DNA of 32,000 nucleotides, taken from assembly GCA_963704705.1 (NCBI GenBank), contig OY969931.1, forward strand, positions 1,020,001-1,052,000, written 5' to 3'. The notes under the pieces are model-generated. The model saw only the letters and a program-made list of their open reading frames with translations. It did no database searches and had not been told where the DNA came from. How positions within the stretch are numbered: position 1 is the first letter of the stretch; each line of letters begins with the position of its first letter. The DNA comes from an uncultured bacterium (GTDB lineage: Bacteria; Patescibacteriota; Gracilibacteria; UBA1369; PNNO01). The translations under genes were made by a program, and so were the position numbers. Positions 26,170 to 32,000 of this stretch are shown here, one piece after another.

Positions 26170-27643
26170 ATTGAAACCTATACGAATCCCTATGAGAGTC
26201 GGCAATAAATATATTGCTGTAGTTAATGAAACAACAGCTGCGCAACTTGACGTAAGAGCAGCGGACAGAGTTGATTTAAAAATTGGAAGAAGGGAATTAA
26301 CATGCATTCTTGATATAAATGAAAGAAAAGATATTAAAGATAATCAGGTTGGATTATTTGCAGAGACATGGGATAAATTAAAAACAAAATCTGGCGATGA
26401 AATAACTTTAGTACCTGCTCCAAAACCTGAAGCTGACACATATATTAAGAAAAAACTTGAAGGAGGAACTCTCACAAGAGATGAAATTGATGTAATTGTT
26501 AGAGACGTTGTTAATGATGATCTATCTGACATTGAAATGACCTATTTTGTAAGCGGATGTTTTTGTATGGGACTTAGTGACGATGAAACAGCAAATTTAA
26601 CTCGTTCAATTGTTAGTCATGGAGATCAAATTATAATAAAAAATCGTATTGTAATGGATAAACACTGCATTGGTGGTGTTCCGGGTAATCGCACAACTAT
26701 GGTTGTGGTTCCAATTATAACTTCGCTTGGATATTACATGCCAAAAACTTCGAGCCGTGCAATTACGAGCCCTGCCGGTACTGCTGATACTATGGAGGTA
26801 CTGGCAAACGTTGTTAATCATGCAGACAAATTACGGAAAATATTAAAGAAAACTAATGGATTTATTACATGGGGCGGCGGAGTCGATCTAGCTGCAGCTG
26901 ATGATAAATTAATTAAAGTAAGATACCCGCTAAAACTTGATCCGCAGGGAATGCTTCTTGCTTCAATAATGGCAAAAAAATTCTCTGTATCATCAAATCA
27001 TGTAATTATTGATATACCATGGGGTGAACAGGGTAAAGCAAAGAACAAAAAAGACGCTAACGCATTAAAAAAGAGATTTCTTGCAATTGCAAAACTACTC
27101 GGAATGAAAATGAAAGTTGTTCTTACTTCTTCTGATCAGCCAATTGGTTATGGAATCGGACCGCTTTTAGAAGCCGAGGATGTATTAAAAGTTTTAAAAA
27201 ATGATCCTGATGCACCGCAGGATTTAAGAAAGAAAGGACTAATGCTTGCAACTGAATTATTGTATTTAACAGGCAAATATCCTCTTAAATCAAGCGCTAA
27301 AAAAGCAGCAAAAAATGCACTTAAATCAGGAAAAGCTTATGATCAGTTTATGAAAATAATAAAAGCACAGGGTGCAAAAAAAGGTACTAAATTAGGTGAA
27401 TTTACATACACTGTAAAAGCAGGTAAAAACGGAAAAATAAGCAGAATTGATAATAAATTAATTGCTTCGGTTGCCAGACAGGCAGGTGCTCCTCTTGATA
27501 AGGGTGCAGGAGTTTTTGTTTATAAAAAACTAGGTGAAAAAGTGAGAAAAGGTGAAAAACTTTATACTGTCTATGCTGAAAATAAAAACCGTATAGATTA
27601 TGTAAAGAAACTTGCGATTAATAAAGTGTACTCAATTACTTAA
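26162..27643 (+). CDS. AMP phosphorylase (thymidine phosphorylase family with archaeal-type N-terminal extension)
   Basis: 493 aa. An ~85 aa N-terminal extra domain precedes the glycosyltransferase-3 core. DKHCIGGVPGNRTTMVVVPI and KTSSRAITSPAGTADTMEVL follow the pattern of archaeal-type AMP phosphorylases rather than ~440 aa bacterial DeoA. It overlaps the ackA end by 8 nt. Confidence 0.82.
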   Translation: MIKLKPIRIPMRVGNKYIAVVNETTAAQLDVRAADRVDLKIGRRELTCILDINERKDIKDNQVGLFAETWDKLKTKSGDEITLVPAPKPEADTYIKKKLEGGTLTRDEIDVIVRDVVNDDLSDIEMTYFVSGCFCMGLSDDETANLTRSIVSHGDQIIIKNRIVMDKHCIGGVPGNRTTMVVVPIITSLGYYMPKTSSRAITSPAGTADTMEVLANVVNHADKLRKILKKTNGFITWGGGVDLAAADDKLIKVRYPLKLDPQGMLLASIMAKKFSVSSNHVIIDIPWGEQGKAKNKKDANALKKRFLAIAKLLGMKMKVVLTSSDQPIGYGIGPLLEAEDVLKVLKNDPDAPQDLRKKGLMLATELLYLTGKYPLKSSAKKAAKNALKSGKAYDQFMKIIKAQGAKKGTKLGEFTYTVKAGKNGKISRIDNKLIASVARQAGAPLDKGAGVFVYKKLGEKVRKGEKLYTVYAENKNRIDYVKKLAINKVYSIT

Positions 27644-27648
27644 TATTT

Positions 27649-28509
27649 ATGGAATATCAGGAAATAATTGATAAAATTAAATCTCTTGAAATACAGGGGG
27701 CTCGAAATATTGCAATTGCTGCTGTTGAAGCATTTGGAATGAAATTGAAGGAAACTCAGGATGAAGCTGAATTAAAAAAAGCTCATGATGAGCTTGTTGC
27801 AACACGCGCAACAGAACCCGGCCTTAGAAATGCCTTGAAATTCTGTATTGAAAATTATAAAAACGATCCTGATATTGCAGAAAAAGCAAAAAAACACTTT
27901 GAAGAAGCAAAACTTAAAATTGCTGAATACGGGGCTAAAAAAATACATGATGGAATGAAGGTTTTTACACATTGTCATTCGTCAACTGTATGCGCGATTT
28001 TAGAAAAAGCATGGGATGACGGTAAAAGATTTGAAGTTTATAACACTGAAACACGTCCAAAATTTCAGGGACGCAAAACAGCAACTAAATTAGCTGAAAA
28101 AGGCATTCCGGTTACTCACTTTGTGGATAGTGCGGGCAGATCAATGCTTCGAAAATGTGATTTATTTTTGTTTGGTTGTGATGCTGTTACTTCTGAAGGT
28201 AAACTTATAAATAAAATCGGAACTGAAATGCTTGCTGAAGCAGCACACGAAAGCAGAGTTGATGCTTATTCATGCACAAATTCCTGGAAATTTGACCCTG
28301 CGACTTTATTTGGCACAGAAGAAGAAATTGAAGAGCGTGATCCTAATGAAGTATGGGAAAATCCTCCAAAAGGTGTGAAAATTTATAATCCTGCATTTGA
28401 AATAACATCACCTGATTTATTCACAGGCGTAATTACAGAGCTCGGAATTTATAAAGGAGAAGCCCTTGTTGAAGCAGTCAAAGAGGAATATCCATGGATG
28501 TTCAAGTAA
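27649..28509 (+). CDS. ribose-1,5-bisphosphate isomerase (eIF-2B alpha/beta/delta-like, e2b2 family)
   Basis: LEIQGARNIAIAA, FTHCHSSTV, YNTETRPKFQGRKTA, GCDAVTSEGKLINKIGT and NPAFEITSP are typical of the e2b2 family. It follows the AMP phosphorylase gene after a 5-nt gap (27644-27648). Confidence 0.78.
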   Translation: MEYQEIIDKIKSLEIQGARNIAIAAVEAFGMKLKETQDEAELKKAHDELVATRATEPGLRNALKFCIENYKNDPDIAEKAKKHFEEAKLKIAEYGAKKIHDGMKVFTHCHSSTVCAILEKAWDDGKRFEVYNTETRPKFQGRKTATKLAEKGIPVTHFVDSAGRSMLRKCDLFLFGCDAVTSEGKLINKIGTEMLAEAAHESRVDAYSCTNSWKFDPATLFGTEEEIEERDPNEVWENPPKGVKIYNPAFEITSPDLFTGVITELGIYKGEALVEAVKEEYPWMFK

Positions 28510-28548
28510 GAATAGTGTAAAATAGGTTTTGAAAATTTCTAAAACCAT

Positions 28549-29673
28549 ATGAAAAAGAAAAACATCCTTATTTTATATGCGAAAATGGGAAAGGGGCATT
28601 ATAGCGCCTCAATGGCAACTAAAGAGGCAATTATGCAACTTTATAAAGATAAATATAATGTTGAAATTGTGGATTTTTTTGGAATGGTTAATGAAGGTTT
28701 CAGTAATTCAACTGCAAAAGCATATGATGGAACCGTTAAGCATATGCCAAATTTTTATAAGATATTTTTTGAATGGACTGATGAAGAATGGAAAGTTAAA
28801 TTCATAAATACAATTAATTATCTTTCGCTTTCAACAGCATTTAAAAAACTACTTAAAAAACAAAATCCTGATATTATTATCTCTACTTTTCCGATTTGGG
28901 ATTATGCAATTGCCAAAATGTGGAAAAAAGAACATCCGGGTGCAAAGTTTATTAATATAATTACTGACTCAATCTCAATTCATAAAGCATGGCTTATCGC
29001 AGATGCTGATTACAGAATTGTTCCAAATGAAGATACAGCTAAAGTATTAATGAACAAAGGTGTTGATCCTAATAAAATTAAAATACTTGGATTTCCTGTT
29101 GATTTAACATTCAATAAATCTATCGACAAAAAAAATGTTCTTAAATTTTTAGGATTAAATCCAAAATTATTTACAGTATTAATATTTGCTAATATCGGGA
29201 ATAACAGAAGAAACCAAAAACTATTAGAAAGTATTATCTTTGGTAAAAGAGATTATAATGTAATTATTGTTACAGGCCGCAACGAAACTTTAATGCCTAA
29301 AATCGAACATATGAAATTCGAAAAGAACGTTGCGATTCTCGGGTGGACAACAAATGTTCCCGAATTGATTTTATCAAGCGATATTATTGTTACTAAAGCA
29401 GGCGGAGCAACAGTTATGGAATGCGTTGCAGCACAAAAACCCATGATAATTACTCAGGTTATTCCTGGCCAGGAAGAAGGTAACGCTAAATTAATCGAAA
29501 AACACAGTCTTGGAATTATTCTTGAAAACGGTAAAAAGGGAATAACGAATCTTCCTGAGCATATAAAAAGTATAAGAAAAGAATATAATAAATATAAAAC
29601 AGCTTTAAAAAAGCAGAGCAAACCGGAGGCTGCTCTGCAAATTGCTAAACTGATTGATTCTGAACTTTCATAA
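28549..29673 (+). CDS. GT28-type glycolipid glycosyltransferase (MGDG synthase / UgtP-like)
   Basis: The N-terminus ILILYAKMGKGHYSASMATKEAI (G-x-GH motif) matches the MGDG-synthase domain. The C-terminal GT-B half shows VTKAGGATVMECVAAQKPMII...PGQEEGNA. Confidence 0.7.
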   Translation: MKKKNILILYAKMGKGHYSASMATKEAIMQLYKDKYNVEIVDFFGMVNEGFSNSTAKAYDGTVKHMPNFYKIFFEWTDEEWKVKFINTINYLSLSTAFKKLLKKQNPDIIISTFPIWDYAIAKMWKKEHPGAKFINIITDSISIHKAWLIADADYRIVPNEDTAKVLMNKGVDPNKIKILGFPVDLTFNKSIDKKNVLKFLGLNPKLFTVLIFANIGNNRRNQKLLESIIFGKRDYNVIIVTGRNETLMPKIEHMKFEKNVAILGWTTNVPELILSSDIIVTKAGGATVMECVAAQKPMIITQVIPGQEEGNAKLIEKHSLGIILENGKKGITNLPEHIKSIRKEYNKYKTALKKQSKPEAALQIAKLIDSELS

Positions 29674-29679
29674 ACTGGC

Positions 29680-31614
29680 TTAGATAGCCACTTCGTACAA
29701 TTTCTGAGAATCCAATAGATATAATCTGTTGGAATCCTTATCAAAATAAATATCTCTTACATCATTTAAACCATCAAATACAAATTGAGAATTATAAACT
29801 ACTCCTTCACCCTCTGGATCTTTATCAAGCATAATCACGCGATTTTTAGAAGGTTCCAAAATAAATATTCTATTTAAATCAAGTTCCGTATAAATTTTTG
29901 TAGGCGATGAAATTGGATCAAGCGGAGCCTTGGCAATAGTTAAGAAAGTAGGTACTCCCCTGTCAAATCTTATTAAACTTCCGTCGTCTGTAATTACATA
30001 AATGTATCCATCAATCGCCAAATCAACGAAATTAGATCCAAATTCGCCTTCGGCTATATAACTTTCAGCACCAGAATAACCTTCTCGTTTCTTGTTATAT
30101 CTCCAAATTTGCTTTTCAGCACTATCAAGCAGATACATTCTTCCGTTATAGGAAGCAACTGCTACAGAACTATGGAATTGGCCGTCTTCTGTATCCATAA
30201 ACTGAAATTGACCGTTTGAATAAGTAATAACTCTGCCTGATTTTGTTAAGAAAATAAGAGAATCATTATCATCATCCCAAGTACCATCAATAACTGCCTC
30301 GTTATCATCAATAGTTAAAGGGTCTTCAATTTTATCGAGCAAAATTTCATATAATGCATTGTATTCATAAGCAAAAATACTGCCTGAATATGGAATTAAA
30401 CCTAGTGCGCTAACATTATCGCGTTTAGTTGTTAAATCAGCTACAACTTTTGGATCAGTTACATAAGTTATATTATCAAGTTTGGTTTTTTCTTCCTGAA
30501 TCAATCCTAAAAGCTCGCTTGCTTTACTTCTGTGGTATCCGGAATTTAATACATCAACAGCTTTTGATTCCGCATCTGTTAAAATATCGGAAGCTGCATC
30601 TTTATTGCTTATTCCGCGAAGTGAAGCAGTGTTTATTTCTTCTTCCACTTGTGTCAAAACTTCATCAAGACGATCAATTTCACGTTGATTTGCAGTATTA
30701 TTTTTTACAAACCAAATAACAGCTGTAAGTAAAATAATCACCACGATCAAAAGTGCCAAAATTTTATCTTTTGTCATCTGTCTGCTCGTCATTCCTTTTA
30801 AAAGCGTATTCAAATAACGCATTGATTTGTCACTGATACCCTTAACAGCACCATGAACTCTGTTAGGTTTTGATTTAATTCTTTTTGCCAATGATGGTTT
30901 TTCATCTTCAAGATATTCACGTACACCTTTTTTTTCATTGTCTGATAATTCACTTAATCCTTCATGAAATACCATTCCGATTAATCCAATTTTACTTAAT
31001 ATTTCAGGAGTAAGTGCATCTTTCAAATCACTTAAAGATTCAACCAAATCCTGAGGATTTAATGTATTTATAAAGTCAGACTTTGAAATATATCTCAATA
31101 AACGAGTTGTTGCCAAAACAACAAAATCGCCCGGTTCCAATGAACCGCTCGCAATATTACTGAATGTTTCTTCTGATTTTGAATTCGGATCTGATAGTCC
31201 TTCTGAAATAACAGAGCAATATCTTTTACGAACCAAATAAGCTTCTGCATCGCCTGTTTGAGACAAATGTAGTTCGTCACCAACAACAATGCCAATTATT
31301 ACATGAAGATTCCCAATAAATTTTGAGACAGTTTCTTCTTTAAATGCATTAATTTGAGAATTGACTTCTTTAAGCGCATCCTCAAACCTTTCGTAAGGGT
31401 CTTTTTCCAAATCCGAGAAAAATATCTTACGTGCCGAATCAAAAATTGTTTCAGCAATTACTTCTGCATCAGCAGGATTATTTTGAATTTCAACAGTAAC
31501 AAATAGTTGGCCGGCTGCTTCTTCGCCTTCTCCTAAATCGTAAGCATAGTTCTCGAGAAAGCTGCCTTCCTCCTTACCAACAAATAGAAATTCAAATTGA
31601 TTTCTGAGTTTCAT
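29680..31614 (-). CDS. single-pass membrane protein: cytoplasmic PP2C-like (probably inactive) domain, TM helix, extracytoplasmic beta-propeller-like repeats
   Basis: A long ORF of 644 aa. The N-terminal ~230 aa have a PPM-like pattern (IIGIVVGDELHLSQTGDAEAYLVRKR, GDFVVLATTRLL). The TM helix is ILALLIVVIILLTAVIWFV. The C-terminus has repeated strand-rich units (GRMYLLDS, DGYIYVITDDGSLIRFD, NRIFILEP, NRLYLLDS). Function is unknown. Confidence 0.6.
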   Translation of the reverse strand: MKLRNQFEFLFVGKEEGSFLENYAYDLGEGEEAAGQLFVTVEIQNNPADAEVIAETIFDSARKIFFSDLEKDPYERFEDALKEVNSQINAFKEETVSKFIGNLHVIIGIVVGDELHLSQTGDAEAYLVRKRYCSVISEGLSDPNSKSEETFSNIASGSLEPGDFVVLATTRLLRYISKSDFINTLNPQDLVESLSDLKDALTPEILSKIGLIGMVFHEGLSELSDNEKKGVREYLEDEKPSLAKRIKSKPNRVHGAVKGISDKSMRYLNTLLKGMTSRQMTKDKILALLIVVIILLTAVIWFVKNNTANQREIDRLDEVLTQVEEEINTASLRGISNKDAASDILTDAESKAVDVLNSGYHRSKASELLGLIQEEKTKLDNITYVTDPKVVADLTTKRDNVSALGLIPYSGSIFAYEYNALYEILLDKIEDPLTIDDNEAVIDGTWDDDNDSLIFLTKSGRVITYSNGQFQFMDTEDGQFHSSVAVASYNGRMYLLDSAEKQIWRYNKKREGYSGAESYIAEGEFGSNFVDLAIDGYIYVITDDGSLIRFDRGVPTFLTIAKAPLDPISSPTKIYTELDLNRIFILEPSKNRVIMLDKDPEGEGVVYNSQFVFDGLNDVRDIYFDKDSNRLYLLDSQKLYEVAI

Positions 31615-31843
31615 TTTAAAATGATTAGACGTCTATCTAAATGTTCTTGTCAAATTTACCGCAAATTACTCTTAAGTTCAAGAAAATGTTTTTATTTTGG
31701 TACTTTTCATAAATAGATTATTCAGTAGCATGTATTGTTCTTAAAATTTTACTTATACATTCCTTTAAATGATCTCTTCTATTATAACAACTATTAATTT
31801 CTCTTTTATAAAAATCTCGTTCTTGTTTAACTGACTTGCTTTC

Positions 31844-32000
31844 TTATAAAATTTTACGTTTCTTCTTTTCTAAATCATTTGATTTTCTATGAATTTTATC
31901 TTCCATTGAATGTAATTCACTTTTAGCATTAAATATTGAAACAATTCCGAGAATCATAGGGATTGCAGCTATAACAAATGCTAATATTACAGCTCTTCTG
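31844..32000 (-). CDS. C-terminal fragment of a membrane protein ORF entering from the right edge
   Basis: My minus-strand translation gives RRAVILAFVIAAIPMILGIVSIFNAKSELHSMEDKIHRKSNDLEKKKRKIL, with the stop at 31846-31844. It is a TM helix followed by a charged tail. Only 52 codons are visible. Confidence 0.3.
   Translation of the reverse strand, partial: RRAVILAFVIAAIPMILGIVSIFNAKSELHSMEDKIHRKSNDLEKKKRKIL

Noticed and set aside
28525-28546. Hairpin ggtttt-N10-aaaacc between the R15P isomerase and glycosyltransferase genes as a terminator
   Set aside because: The stem is AT-rich and weak, with no U-tract. It ends 2 nt before the ATG and could equally arise by chance in AT-rich DNA.
1-32000. 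CRISPR arrays, tRNA/rRNA genes, transposases, integrases, toxin-antitoxin or other defence modules
   Set aside because: I found no regularly spaced direct repeats and no tRNA-like cloverleaf or T-loop context in any G+C island. No ORF carries nuclease, recombinase or defence-type motifs. The window looks like core chromosome.

Overview
AT-rich (about one-third G+C by eye), gene-dense bacterial chromosome segment that uses the standard genetic code (TGA ends several well-supported genes). The content fits a small-genome Patescibacteria/CPR-like organism: a secretin-less type IV pilus-like operon, archaeal-type AMP phosphorylase and ribose-1,5-bisphosphate isomerase next to pta-ackA, and many 1-8 nt gene overlaps. 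That placement is inference only. Order of features: partial metG (minus). A 5.4 kb minus-strand pilus operon with two PilN/PilO-like proteins, PilC, three prepilin-type proteins (one frameshifted) and a 400 aa PilX-N-like protein. A plus-strand block of RNHCP protein, tilS, ftsH, hsp20, galU and a TPR protein. RNase P RNA. A polyprenyl glycosylphosphotransferase, secA and a small acidic ORF. galE and ftsK (minus). A 730 nt gap. Then gltX, a zinc-ribbon ORF, a lipoprotein, a PHP phosphoesterase, a pta-ackA-AMP phosphorylase-R15P isomerase operon, a GT28-like glycosyltransferase, a 644 aa membrane protein (minus) and a partial minus-strand ORF at the right edge. I saw no CRISPR array, tRNA, rRNA, transposase or integrase. 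Most of the window is ordinary housekeeping. Three things are not explained by the gene list. (1) A sharply bounded ~490 nt G+C-rich, ORF-poor block between ftsK and gltX, with nested helices and a terminator-like end, which I cannot assign to any RNA family. (2) A G+C-rich repeat built from GCGAGC units, present once as an insertion inside RNase P RNA and once in inverted orientation directly before the secA start codon. (3) A pilin gene split by a 1-nt frameshift at a homopolymer. All calls come from reading the sequence and ORF translations; no database search was possible.
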